Assembly (NCBI GenBank): GCA_030141605.1
Contig: JAQGDQ010000997.1
Location: 1 to 64,000, forward strand
Direction: 5' to 3'
DNA length: 64,000 bases
DNA from: Tubiluchus corallicola
Taxonomy: Eukaryota; Animalia; Priapulida
Under the pieces are notes generated by a model. The model was not told where the DNA came from, did not search any database, and saw only the letters and a list, made by a program, of their open reading frames with translations. A program made the position numbers and the translations under genes. How positions within the stretch are numbered: position 1 is the first letter of the stretch; the number at the start of each line of letters is the position of its first letter. Below, in pieces: positions 48,895 to 62,790 of this stretch.

Positions 48895-51800
48895 CTAGAG
48901 GAAAAACCAAAACCTTTGTGTACAAATCATTCGCATGTGCAACGTGTATAACGTGTATGGATCAAACGGATGTCATTTCTACGACAATAATTGATCGCTG
49001 TTATGATTTAATGTTCAATATCATAAGTTCAGGAAATTGCGTGGCTTAATTAAAGCACAAGAAAAACCCTCCACTTACTTAAAGTTTAAAAAATTCATCT
49101 CGAAATTTTAGACCACTTACATACAACCTTTTCGTATGCATGGCTTGCATCCGTCGTAACGCTGTATAAAACGTGTAAATTTAAACTCCCGCGATGACCG
49201 TTAGACACAGCCATTTTAACGACAAGTCGTTTGAAACAAGTTTTGATAACGTTGAGTAAAGTTTGAAAAAATAATCATAGCATTCGTAGCATACATGTTG
49301 CTAACTAAGTAAAATTTGAAATTACTGTATCTTGTCAATAAGATTAAAAATACGTTTTTGGTTAATGAGTGGTGCACCCTGGAGGGTGAGTCAGTGACAT
49401 TTTACCAACTGGTGAAACATTTTACATGACTAATTAATAATTTTCTTTTCTAGTTACATAAGTTTTTGAAGCAGGAAACCGAAATGCTAAGTAATATAAC
49501 TTTTTACTGGAAAGTTTTTTGGGACATAGTTTGACATTTCCTCTTCTTCCCCTGATTTACGTAGTGATGATATGACGTCATGTAATGGCGCGGTTAGAAC
49601 AGCATTGCGGGAGATTTAAAATGAAAAAAGCAAAAAATTCTTTCAACGCGAGTACGATATATGCAAAAAATTGCTGTAAAGTAATATCATTTTTGGGCGA
49701 TGCTGCAATCTACTTCAGGTACCCCTTTTCTTGCCCTTTAACAGCTCTGCTCTAGTGAGAAGACAATTCTGCTTCTGGAGTATTTAGTTTAAGTGGTAAT
49801 AACAACTTCAACAGATCATTATTTCCTAAGGCAGCTATATTAAGGTTTTCGGGCAGAAGCATTTCATTTAATTTATCAAACATAACAACCCTAATTTGTT
49901 GATACAATGGGCAGTGCAACAAAAAGTGTTCAACAGACTCAAATCGAAATGCACAGTTACAATTCGGCAATACTGGATGACCGTTATTATCTTTACAGCC
50001 TTTAGAGAAAAGGTCATAGTTTAGCTGCGCAAATCCGATTCTCATGCGCGTATGATGCACTGATATTGGAGGTTTACCAAATGAAAAATGTTTCTTACGC
50101 AACGAAAAACTTAAATGAGATTTGAGCTCTTGTTTGAATTGTGAAATGGATGTAATTTCACGAATGTTCTGTGGTAAGTTGTTCCACATGTTAATGGTCG
50201 ATATGAAAAACGATTTTTCACAGCTAACAGAACGGCAATTAAAATTTCTGTATTTAGTACCACTGCGTATATAATAGGGGGAAACTTCGTTTACCTTTGG
50301 CGGCAGAATTGCACTTAAATAGTGGGGCGCTAAGTCATTGATTATTTTGAAAAAAAGACATAGGCGATGATAATGGAAGCGTGTCACTAATTTAGTGAAG
50401 CCGCTGTCAGACAAGATACTTGCAGGGGAAGATCGAAACATAGCGCCAGAACAGATTCTAGCAGCAGTTAGCTGAATATTTTCTAATAAACGTATACTGT
50501 TTTCACTGCATCCTGACCATACTACGTTACCAACTTATCATTAAGCTCATACTTGTCAATAACAATAGATTACTAATTAAATATTCACCTGGTTTCCTCA
50601 TCAGGGTATTCTGTAACGCCTTTCTGCTCGTTGTCGACGTCACTATAGACAGATTGTAACAGCAACGTCTGCTCCTTGATTTCTTCCAGGTCTTCTAGGA
50701 CTTTCTCTATCCTGAAACGTTTGCATGTTGCGATTTTCAACACAAATGTTAGAAAATTTTCTATTAAATACAATGGCCCTTACATATGGAATTCAATTGC
50801 TCCAGCTGTTAAAAATGCCAACTCGCTGTCCATATTTAAAAAAATATGTAAATTAAACTTACTTGAAACATATAACTGATCACTCAATTATGATTTGTTG
50901 TTTTTCATTTTCAAAAACTTCCCCTCTAGTATAATAATATTTTTATTACTTCCCACCCGTATTTATATTTGTAAATATTATAATATTGTAATATTGTATC
51001 TGTATATATTGTAATTTTTTCGTAACTAATTCTAGTGGCCTAGCATAAGCTAGCTTCTTAGATCTCTTGCGCAGAATTCGTGAATTGTATCATAATTTTG
51101 TATTAACAAAAACTGATTACCGATGCACATGTAATGTATACGTATATGTTTATTGCGAAATAAATCTAATAAATCTAATCTAATCTATTTTAGAAGAGAA
51201 ACGGGGAAAGAGAGAAGCAGAACAAGAAATTTTTCTTGCTAATGAAAAACAGTATGAGAGTCAGTGTTGAATGCGTTTTACGAGAAAGAAGAATACTTTT
51301 ATGAGCCTTATTAAGCCTTTTCACAGTCTCGCTATGCGCATGCGCAGTTGCTGTAGGTCAAAAGTGAAGCGTACCACGGCAACGCAACTTGACTACAAGC
51401 GTCAGGTAACAGGTGGCTAAAGCAAAGCCGTCTGTCGCATCAGTTCAGTAACATCAATTATTTCCCGTGGACTTCGCTTAATTATACATTACTAACAGAA
51501 TCTTACTAGAGTGATTAACTAGCAGGATCTTGCTTGGGAACAAGAAAAAACGAACTAGGTAAGGTTCTAGGTAGCTGTTTACACTGTTTACAATAGCTTG
51601 GGCTGCGAGGTGTTGTCAAGTGTTCACATATGTATGGATCACTTAACCTTTTACCTTTTCACGATCACCACCAATCGCTGAAACTGGAAAATGTTTATTA
51701 TTCTAGCACTTTAAATCAAGCAATTTTGTCAAAGAATTCATTATCTGAAGCGCCCTAACAGTGACATCTGTGGAACGTATCCGAACTATTCTTAGACCTG

Positions 51801-54056
51801 TCCAAACCAAGGACACCAAAAATCATTAGAAAATTAACTATAACTTTTCATTAACGGACAATTATCATTGACAGTTTGTCCTTTTTGTAGTTTTCGTCCT
51901 TGAAATGTGACATCTCTTTAACTAGTCCGTATTTTTAGCTTGCAGTTAAGAGCTAAGATTGGGCAGCTATTACACATTGTAGCCAAAACTGAAATAAAAG
52001 TTGCTACCTATTATTGTATAACAGCATGTCACAAGTGTGGGTAAATTTATGAATTAGAAAGTTTGTAGTTTTTTAGTACAAAAAGTATCACAGCGGGACT
52101 CGAACCCAAGTCTTAAGCATATCAGATATATAATTTTTACTAGTATGGTATGGCATGGTATGGTATGGTATGGTATGCTATGGTATGGTATGGTATGGTA
52201 TGGATGGTATGATATGGTATGGTATGATATGGGATGATATGATATGGTATGGTATGATATGGTATGGTATGGTATGGTATGGTATGGTATGGTATAGGAT
52301 AGGATAGGATAGGATAGGATAGGATAGGATAGGATAGGATAGGATAGGATAGGATAGGATAGGATAGGATAGGATAGGATAGGATAGCATAGCATAGCAT
52401 AGCATAGCATAGCATAGCGTAACGTAGTGCAGTACAGTACAGTATAGTATCCTATAATTAGCTAACTATAGTGCCACCTTTCATTTTACAACAATTTAAA
52501 ACACAAAAGTACGCAAAAGTACAGTAAATTAAAAGCCACTCTATTGAAATAGTTATGAGAAACCTTAAAAACCATTAAAATAATCATCTTACATATAAAT
52601 TAAACTAGTTTTTAACAAACATTAAACATCTAAATTTAACAAACATATCATTACACTAGTTAAAAAAATTTCTTCTTTCCAGCATTAGGTGGCAGGTTTT
52701 GGCACGTTCCATCGCTAGACGGCAGGTTTTGGCACATTCCATCGCTAGGCGGCAGGTTTTGGCACGTTCCATCGCTAGGTGGCGGGTTTTGACACGTTCC
52801 ACCGCTAGGCGGCAGATTTTGGCACATTCCATCGCTAGGTGGCAGGTTTTGGCACATTCCATCGCTAGGTGGCAGGTTTTGGCACATTCCATCGCTAGGT
52901 GGCAGGTTTTGGCACATTCCATCGCTAGGCGGCGGGTTTTGACACGTTCCACCGCTAGGTGGCAGGTTTTGGCACGTTCCATCGCTAGACGGCGGGTTTT
53001 GGCACGTTGCATCGCTAGACGGCGGGTTTTGGCACGTTGCATCGCTAGGCGGAGGGTTTGGCACGTTCCATCGCTAGGTGGCAGGTTTTGGCACATTCTT
53101 TTAAACAAATATCACCTGACATAATTTATCGTTATCGTCGAACACATTAAAATTATTGATTTTTGCGCTTGGACACTGGAATGTATATACTATAATATAC
53201 ACGACTAGGTCTGTAATAAGCTTTGAAAGATTGATCGTAAGTAGAAACAAGCAAGTTATGAATGAAGACACAGTAGAGTAAAATTCAAAACTGCCTACTA
53301 AACAAATAAAAAGAAATGGAGAAAGTTGTGTTTTGTTTCTCTCGAAAGGCTCGTAGGGAAACCAGAAAACACGTCGTCAAAATTAAACTAGTTTACTATA
53401 CGAGAATTCTACAACACAAAAGTATGAAGGAACACGAAATGTTCACAGTAAATGTGATTATCCGGAAACGTGAACGCGTGTCTGAGAATATGAGAATACG
53501 AGGATACAGGAGATTGTGAGAGAATAAACTCCAGCGGCCAGCTCCGCCTTATATATCAGTGCAAATGAACAACCTAGAAATAGAAAGTTCTAGAAACTTT
53601 TACAAGGTAAGAAGATTGTTCTACTATACTATAGAACATTCTACAATATTCTACTTAATTCTAGTAGATCTCCACAACAGAGAACTCGTTTGGTTCTTGC
53701 ATCGCCTCTTCTTACCTTTCACTTGTAGAAGTGACTTTGTGATGAATTTCCTCGCGACAAAGCTGCTGATTGTAGTTCAGGTAATTCTCCATCCCTGATT
53801 TCTCAAAAGCAGACAATCGGGAATTCTCCTCTCGTGACAGCTTTTTTTCTGGAAAAAACATGAAAGAATCAGCAGGAAGATTTGAGTCGCAACGTCTCAA
53901 TTGATTATCACACTTGATAACCATAGATTAGACACACGAAACTTTTCAGTCTAACTTTTGTGTATCCTGTAAACAACAAATATAAACTAAAAAGATACTG
54001 ATAATGATGATGACGACGACGACGACGACGACGACGACGATGATGATGATGATGAC

Positions 54057-54120
<64 letters not shown>

Positions 54121-57100
54121 TCTTTATGAGCCTCTTTTTGCAGGCAAAAGTTTCTGCACCAACATTATACAATTTTACATAGACACTATACAGAGTGAAT
54201 TCTACAATATTACATTTACGGATTCTGTAATTAGCTTTTCTAATTTGTACATATAACATTTCTTACAGTGATGCTAAACAAGAAGTATTAAAGAGCGTGC
54301 TAAAATCAAGGTTATTAATGCAGCAAGTTTCCTGTGAAGTAACATAAAAATGCAGAAAAATTGATATACCAAATTCTTAAATTCCAATTCAATGTTTAAA
54401 TCCTCGAGAATTACAAACAGTAATCTCAAAAGATACTGAAATTTTAGAATTTGTCTTTTGAAGATTAATAAGAATTCTAAAATCGGAACGATCATACAAA
54501 ATTTCTCTGTGTTGTATTATAGGTTCACCCCATGACTGTATTAGATTAGATAGTTTGTAGTTTTTTAGTACAAAAACTATCACAGCGGGACTCGAACCCA
54601 AGTCTTAGGCATTTCAGATATATATTTTTTACTAGTATAGTATAGTATGGTATGGTATGATATGCTATGCTATGCTATGGTTTGGTATGGTATGGTATGG
54701 TATGGTATGTATGGTATGGTATGGTATGGTATGGTATGGTATGGTATGGTATGGTATGGTATGGTATGGTATGGTATGGTATGGTATGGTATGGTATGGT
54801 ATGGTATGGTATGGTATGGTATGGTATGGTATGGTATGGTATGGTATGGTATGGTATGGTATGGTATGGTATGGTATGGCATGGCATGGTATGGTATGGT
54901 ATGGTATGGTGCATTTCAGCATAAAAAGCCATATAAAACTATAAAAACATTACATCACACTACAATAAAATACTACAATAAAGACTAAAAACTATACAAA
55001 AAAATGTCTTAGATGCACTTGTGCGAAAGTCATGAAATGATTATGTGCCGTTGCACAGCGAAGCCATTTTTTGCAATTCTCCTTCATTTCGCTGGCTTCA
55101 AATTTGCTTTTATTAAATCAGAAACGCTTCAAACGAGGACTTGCACTTTAGACGTTACGAAATCTCTTTTAATGAATCATAAAGAATCTTTACTGAAGCT
55201 GGTCGAAGACGGCGTGTATTCTATTCCGCGGATTCGACTCCAAAAGTAGACACACATTCGATAGGCGTGGCTAAAGACGATGAAGGGCGGAGCCAGTACC
55301 GGGCGCTCCGAAAATTCGGATATCAAAGAATACCTATGAAATCGCCACACTTTTTCCGAGTTATCTTGCACCATTTGAAACGTGTAACTGAAAAATGAAA
55401 ACATTAGATTTAGTAAAATTCAGCAGTTAGCATGTTGGCACTGAACTTGGCAAATTTTTGTAAGAGAAATCTTATCTAGTTCAAGACGATTATTGATAAA
55501 AAAAGAGGCGTCGGAGATTTGTAAGTGCGCCTCAATTTAAACACAAAATCTTTAGTTTAAACATAATTTATTTAGGATTGGATCAGACAGTTTGAACAAC
55601 ATGATTTAGGATCCTCACTACAACGGACTTTATACACTATTTGCAAAAACATTTACAGTAAGAATTGACTATAACTACATAAGCTGACAAGTTTTACTTT
55701 AAGATTACATTAGACATTAGTAGAAAATGACGATTAGAAAGTATCAATGTCAGAATATTTAAGATTGATGCATTTCATATCAGATAGAAACTACTGGAAG
55801 CATTTAGTACGTAATAAAAAGTCATGTATACATTGGAATATTTTACAGCTAGTAACATAGTTAAATTCATCTTTTCCGAATAATAACAACTTCAACAGAT
55901 CATTAGTTCCTAAGGCAGCTATATTAAGGTTTCCGGGCAGAAGCATTTCATTTAATTTATCAAACATAACAACCCTAGTTTGTTGATACAATGGGCAGTG
56001 CAACAAAAAGTATTCAACAGACTCAAATCGAAATCCACAGTTACAATTCGGCAATAGTGGATGACCGTTATTATCTTTACAGCCTTTAGAGAAAAGGTCA
56101 TAGTTTAGCTGAGAAAATCCGATTCTCCTGCGCGTATGATGCCAACAACAATGGGTTTCACGTAAGTCATTTTTGAACAAATAGTATGTTCCCTTTTAAT
56201 ATTTTAAAGAGTAGCTTGTTTTGACCTACAGTTTGAGATTGGATCCGGTTTTGCTTTAAATAAATCTAGCACAAAGTACCTACCTGAACATGGCTATCAG
56301 TAGATTCAACAACAATACATTTGTCAGCATCATGTACAGGGCTGTAAGCAGCGGAACAAGAAATACATTTTCCGATACGCAGTGGTCAATGTCTGAAGTA
56401 GAATCAGCCGAAGAGTTACCCGGTTGTTCACAGTAATTGACCACTTCCGGAACTAAAAAAAAATAAACAATTCTTAACCTTGATTATATGTAAAATAAAG
56501 GTGTCGCAAACGTATTTCAGATAGCACACCACAAACAGTTTAAGTGGTAACAGTAAAACAAAACCAACATACTGAGTAACTTGTTCTTTCCTTTAGCACT
56601 TCACAAACAGTTTAAATGATAACAGTAAAATAAAAACAAAACATACTGGGTGACTTGTTCTTTCCTTTAGCACACCACAAACAGTTTTAGCGATAACAGT
56701 AGAATAAACCCAACATACTGAGTGACATGTTCTTTCCTTTAGCACTCCACAAACAGTTTAAGTGATAACAGCAAAATAAGCCCAACATACTGAGTGACTT
56801 GTTCTTTCCTTTAGCACACCACAAACAGTTTAAGTGATAACAGTAAAACAAACCTAACATACTGAGTGACTTGTTCTTTCCTTTAGCACACCACAAACAG
56901 TTTAAGTATTAACACTAAAATAAACCCAACATACTGAGTGACTTGTTCTTTCCTTTAGCACACCACAAACAGCTTAAGTGGTAACAGCAAAATAAACCCA
57001 ACATACTGAGTGACTTGTTCTTTCCTTTAGCACACCACAAACAGTTTAAGTGATAACAGTAAAATAAACCCAACATACTGAGTGACTTGTTCTTTCCTTT

Positions 57101-58707
57101 AGCACACCACAAACAGTTTAAGTGATAACAGTAAAATAAACTCAACATACTGAATGACTTGTTCTTTCCTTTAGCACACCACAAACAGTTTAAGTGATAA
57201 CAGTAGACTAAACCCAACATGCTGAACGACTTGTTCCTTCCTTTAACATACCACAAACAGTTTGAGTGATAACAGTAAAATAAACCCAACATACTGAGTG
57301 ACTTGTTCTTTTCTTTAGCACACCACAAACAGTTTAAGTGATAACAGTAAAATAAACCCAACATACTGAGTGACTTGTCCTTTCCTGTAGCACACCACAA
57401 ACAGTTTAAGTGATAACAGTAAAATAAACCCAACATACTGAGTGACTTGTTCTTTCCTCTAGCACACCACAAACAGTTTAAGTGATAAGAACAAAATAAA
57501 CCTAACATACTGAGTGACTTGTTCTTTCCTTTAGCACACCACAAACAGTTTAAGTGATAACAGTAAAACAAGCCCAACATACTGAGTGACTTGTTCTTTC
57601 CTTTAGCACACCACAAACAGTTTAAGTGATAACAGTAAAACAAGCCCAACATACTGAGTGACTTGTTCTTTCCTTTAGCACACCACAAACAGTTTAAGCG
57701 ATAACAGTAAAACAAACACAGCATGCTAAGTGACTTGTTGTTTCCTTTAGCACACCACAAACAGTTTAAGTGGTAACAGTAAAACAAACCCAACATACGG
57801 AGTGACTTGTTCTTTCCTTTAGCACACCACAAACAGTTTAAGCGATAACAGTAAAATAAACCCAACATACTGAGTGACTTGGTCTTTCCGTTAAAATACG
57901 TACTTGGCTCTTCCATGAACAGTTCTCCGTAAATGTGGAAGTATGGTTTATGAAGAACTGATCCAAGCAATCCGAGCGTCAATGGTTGGTTTGGATAGTT
58001 CAAAGCTTGCATAGGAATGCCAAAACTCAAAATGAAGACCACCAGAATGAATAGAAAAAATACCAAATCGTTGAGCTGCAAAAATGAAATAATGTTTTTT
58101 TGAGAGACTACTACTTCATGATGCCCAAAGTGAAAAAATTCATGTTTGAGTAGCTTTATTACGTTTTATCTGTAAGAAAAATCTTAACAAAATATAACAA
58201 AGTAATTTGAACCAAAAAAAGAAACAAAGAAATTGATAATAAAGTCAGACTGAATAAACTTACATCATGGCTCTACTACTCCTGACAAATGATGGTTTAA
58301 CTGAGACAAACAACAACAACAACAATAACAACAACAACAACAACAACTCTCTTAGCCAAGGACAGACTGCCAACTAGCCAGGTAAACTAGCTCTGTTAGT
58401 AGAGCATGACAGAAAGAAGCCAAGTCAAGACATGCATGAATGCAGTTGAAAAGGACAGTATAGGGGGTTCACAGAATGGGAGAACACTGAAGTAATAAAA
58501 TAACCCAAAATCCTTCACAGTTTTGGTTGTTAGAGAGTTGCGCTGAACTACGAATGGAGTTTTCCAAAACTTTGGGAAGTTATAGAGCAGTTTTGCACAG
58601 AAGATTAAAAATTTTAAATGTAGGCTCATGAGGTTTCCTCATTTTACACTTACTCAAATGAATATTATATTAACTAGTCATTAAGGCAGCACAAAGATAT
58701 GGAGTTA

Positions 58708-58792
<85 letters not shown>

Positions 58793-61700
58793 ATAATCTT
58801 TATTTGCCATTAAAATACATAATCACTGATAAAAACTTTACAGAGATGATCAATCAGTGTTAGTTAATAAAAACTTACACTGCTAAAGGCAAATGCGTCA
58901 GTGCAATCTAAACTACTGTGTAGTAATGGAAAGTAACGACGAATAAAATCAAACATATTTACAACTATGCACAAAAATTGAAAAAATTGTGATTTAATTA
59001 ATATGGCCGTGGATATATGAATTCTGAATTAGTGTGTATGTTGTCGTGCTGGTGTGATGGTATTTCATATCTGGTTAATATTAGTGATTTTAATTTTGTT
59101 TTAAATGCTGATAAGGACTTGATTTGTTTAACATGTAATGATAGAGAATTCCAATGGTAAAGATTCCAAGAACGAAACACGCCAACAAGATTTTTAATGA
59201 CAAGAAGAATAATGGCAGTGTTAATGAGAACTGAGCTGGCTGACTGATTTTACCATAGCAACCAACACAGCATCAATTATTTACCTTGAGATGTTACGGC
59301 AACCAGAGCAGATTTGAGTCTTTCAATTTTAGTTACTTATTTCACCGATTATTGGTAGTAACAGAGACGTATTTAAATCACGTTGAAAACACCGGTTCTC
59401 GTTTGATCACCAAAGTTAAGCAACGCAGAGCCTGGTTAGTGCTTGGATGGGTAACCACCTAGGAATACCAGGAGCTGTAATCTTGCGGGATCTCCACACT
59501 GTATCTCGACACTAGGTGGAGGAGCTGCACAAGCAGCCAACGGCTAGAGGGCGGAGGAGGTCAAGTGAAGAGAGGGGGTTCCTGTTGTCTGGGCAACTCA
59601 GGATCTCCATACACCTTGCCCAGGCGTGCGCCCTGGAGACGCTCAAGGATCGGACTCTCTTTGCGTGCATTCCATTGTCTTCCGAGACAGAAGGATGCCA
59701 ACAACCAGCAATGTAAAACGCACGAAACAAAGCACATCTTTACATTATATCCTTCGAAACGAACTGTCATAGATGCGTCCTGCATGTGAATTATCAGTAG
59801 GACAAATGAATTATTACGGGATGGGGGTGATGGAGACAAGCGTCTTCCTTTACGACATGAGTGAAAGTTACACAGTAATGGTGTGCTTGAGCCATCATCA
59901 TCGTCATCAGTCTCTGCATCCACATCTTCAAGGATACGACGGGAAGCAGCCTGGACTGGAGTGATATGGAAAGTGATCAAATGCTAATATGGAGAAGGAT
60001 AAAAATGTAAAACTGAACAATTAGTTTGAAAAGCAAGTGCTACGTGTATGAGGTATCGGCTCGGCTCGGCTCGGCTCGGCTCGGCTCAGGCTCAGGCTCA
60101 GCTCAGCTCAGCTCAGCTCAGTTCAGTTTGCTCAGCTCAGCTCAGCTCAGTTCAGTTTGCTCAGCTCAGCTCAGCTCAGTTCAGTTTGCTCAGCTCAGCT
60201 CAGTTTGCTCAGCTCAGTTCAGTTTGCTCAGCTCAGCTCAGCTCAGTTCAGTTTGCTCAGCTCAGCTCAGCTCAGTTCAGTTTGCTCAGCTCAGCTCAGC
60301 TCAGTTCAGTTTGCTCAGCTCAGCTCAGCTCAGCTCAGCTCAGTTCAGTTTGCTCAGCTCAGCTCAGCTCAGTTTAGTTTAGCTCAGCTCAGCTTAGCTC
60401 AGCTCAGCCCAGCTCAGCTCAGCTCAGCCCAGCTCAGCCCAGCCCAGCTCAGCTCAGCCCAGCCCAGCCCAGCTCAGCTCAGCTCAGCTCAACTCAGCTC
60501 AGCTCAGTTCAGTTTAGTTTAGTTTATTTCACACCAAATATAAAAGTAAACAAATATACATAAAAATATATACATATGCATACAAACACATACATCATCG
60601 CATACGCATAATATAAGTAGCATAATAATGAGGCGTGGTGTGGGGGAGACACAAAAAGGGCAAACGCTTCTTAGATGTACCGGTTAAATACTAAGAAAGC
60701 ATTTAGATCGTCATAATTTAATAACCGTTTAAAAAGGTTTGCATTTCCAGCTTTTACCGATGGTAAATCATTTACAATTTCTGCTAAACCATACTAAACC
60801 TGAACAACCCTATTAGAAAAAAATGAGCAAATACTTTTAGCAGATCACGTGACATACAAGTGATTGTATTAGGGTTGGAACTTATAAGTATGGCTGACTT
60901 ACCATTCGACGAATCATAATAATTTTTGGTCCCAGATCTTTGTGAGCATAAAACATTTGCACAGATCTAAGATAGAAGAGCAGTAATGTAATGCTGTATG
61001 AAACTCTTGCCCATCGAAAACTCCTTCTGAAAAATTTGAACGAACTGTTTTATATATATATATAACCTTTATTTGCCATAAAAATCGATATTCATAACTA
61101 TAAAAGCATAAAAGAACATCGCAGCATGAGAATAAAATTCACACAACTGTTAAAAGCAAACCAGCGCAAACTAAAAACTACTGTGCCAAAAATTTAAAAC
61201 AATATATACATTATAATATTACACGGAAATTATAATAGACTATATACAATATATACATATATTTTTAAAATGGACGTGGGTAAATAAAATTTGCTGATGA
61301 ACATATATTATCGTTTACGTATGTTGGGTTTTCAAAACGATTTAATGTATGTATTTTTAATTTTGATTTGAATTCATCGAAAGACTTGATTTGTTTTAAA
61401 TTTGATGGCAGTGTATTCCAAAGTTGAACTCCTTGTTTAGTGATAGAATTGTTGCCGTATTTGTTATTAGTGCGTATTTGTTTAATATTGTGTGTCCTTG
61501 GATTTAATGTTGACTCCAAGAGGAAGCTTATTTTTGATGAAGGGCGCGTTAATATTGTTGATGTTGTTGATATTGTTGATGTTGTTAATATTGTTGATGT
61601 GGTTGATGTTGTTGATGTTGTTGATGTGGTTGATATTGTTGATGTTGTTGATGTTGTTGATGTATTTATATAACAATGCCTAGTTTTAGTACTTCACACT

Positions 61701-62790
61701 GAATATCTTACATTAACACTGTACTTCAATTTTCGTTTTCGCAAACACGTGCAACACGCTCGTGGAATATTTTTGTTGTTAAAAGTTATGTTGGTTTGTG
61801 ATGTCATCAATAGTTGGGCTCACCCGCCGTTAATTAAGTTTTTAATGTACTATTCAATTATCAGAAACGCTTTTGCAGTATTAATCGTGTTAAAATGTAT
61901 AATTTTAAACGGACTTGAAAATAAGGTAGTGTGTGAAAAATCATCCTGTCTTCATTTAGTGCTTCATTCACGTCATTTGAATAGGTCAACGGACTTGGTG
62001 ACCCATACTGACCTCTTACTTTTTGCTGCTGGTTACTGCCGTATTGTTTGTAAGCTTCTCAGCTAATTAAATTAATTATGATTTACTGACTATATTAATA
62101 TTGGACTGAAATCGACTCAGGGGGTCGAACTCCAAGATGGCATGGCAGTCTTGATATTGCGCATCATGAAGATCCATTTTACAATCGTTGTGTAACTGAT
62201 TACTTAACTACAAACGTCAATTTTAATTACAAATGTTAATGTTAATTACAAATGTTATGTTAATTAACTAAGTTAATGTCTGTAAACTAGTACCATATAC
62301 CTGTTATAGTAAGTCACTTAACTTTCACAAAATAAAACACAAAAATTACGGAGCTTATTATCAGCACTAATAAAAACAGGGAACAAAATACACGTGCACG
62401 AAAAAATAACTAACCAACTCAGTAACAGCACTACACCTGAGGAGCACCTGTGTCAGAAATCAAGGTTGTAGTGACCTCTACACGCTTTTATACTGGCATT
62501 CCAGGTCAGCTGGCTTCTCACACCACGTGTAGGCCCAAACAAGACGTCTGGACCTACAAGAAAGGGGTGAGTCGCTGCTGACGTGGAAGCAGGGCGTGTA
62601 GAGGGTCCTACACCTGACCCGACACAGGTGCCTCCGTAACAATATTAATAAACACTCACCCGGTTAGTAAGAGTCGTAAAACGACTGATAGTATGAACAT
62701 GAAATACATAACAAGATCGAATCTATTCCACGGACTGTTGAACCAACTTTTTAGTTTAAACCAAACGGATTTTCCTCTTCGTGCTACGAT
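48735..62790 (-). CDS. TRPM: Second (inverted) copy of the TRPM gene, last 8 exons; upstream exons would lie beyond 64000
   Basis: Reverse complement of exons 8-15 with intact splice sites and frame; differences seen only in the last exon (one synonymous, one N>S). Confidence 0.88.
50589..50711 (-). CDS. TRPM: TRPM copy 2, coiled-coil exon
   Basis: Mirror of 20831-20953. Confidence 0.83.
53716..53848 (-). CDS. TRPM: TRPM copy 2, rib-helix exon
   Basis: Mirror of 17684-17816. Confidence 0.87.
55194..55387 (-). CDS. TRPM: TRPM copy 2, TRP-helix exon
   Basis: Mirror of 16145-16338. Confidence 0.9.
56284..56452 (-). CDS. TRPM: TRPM copy 2, S6 exon
   Basis: Mirror of 15080-15248. Confidence 0.9.
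57871..58075 (-). CDS. TRPM: TRPM copy 2, S5/pore exon
   Basis: Mirror of 13458-13662 (alternative exon end at 57904). Confidence 0.88.
59377..59484 (+). pseudogene. 5S rRNA: Truncated 5S rRNA-like SINE head, mirror of 12043-12150
   Basis: cacgttgaaaacaccggttctcgtttgatcaccaaagttaagcaacg... Confidence 0.72.
60903..61026 (-). CDS. TRPM: TRPM copy 2, S4 exon
   Basis: Mirror of 10501-10624. Confidence 0.9.
62660..62790 (-). CDS. TRPM: TRPM copy 2, S3 exon
   Basis: Mirror of 8761-8891. Confidence 0.9.
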
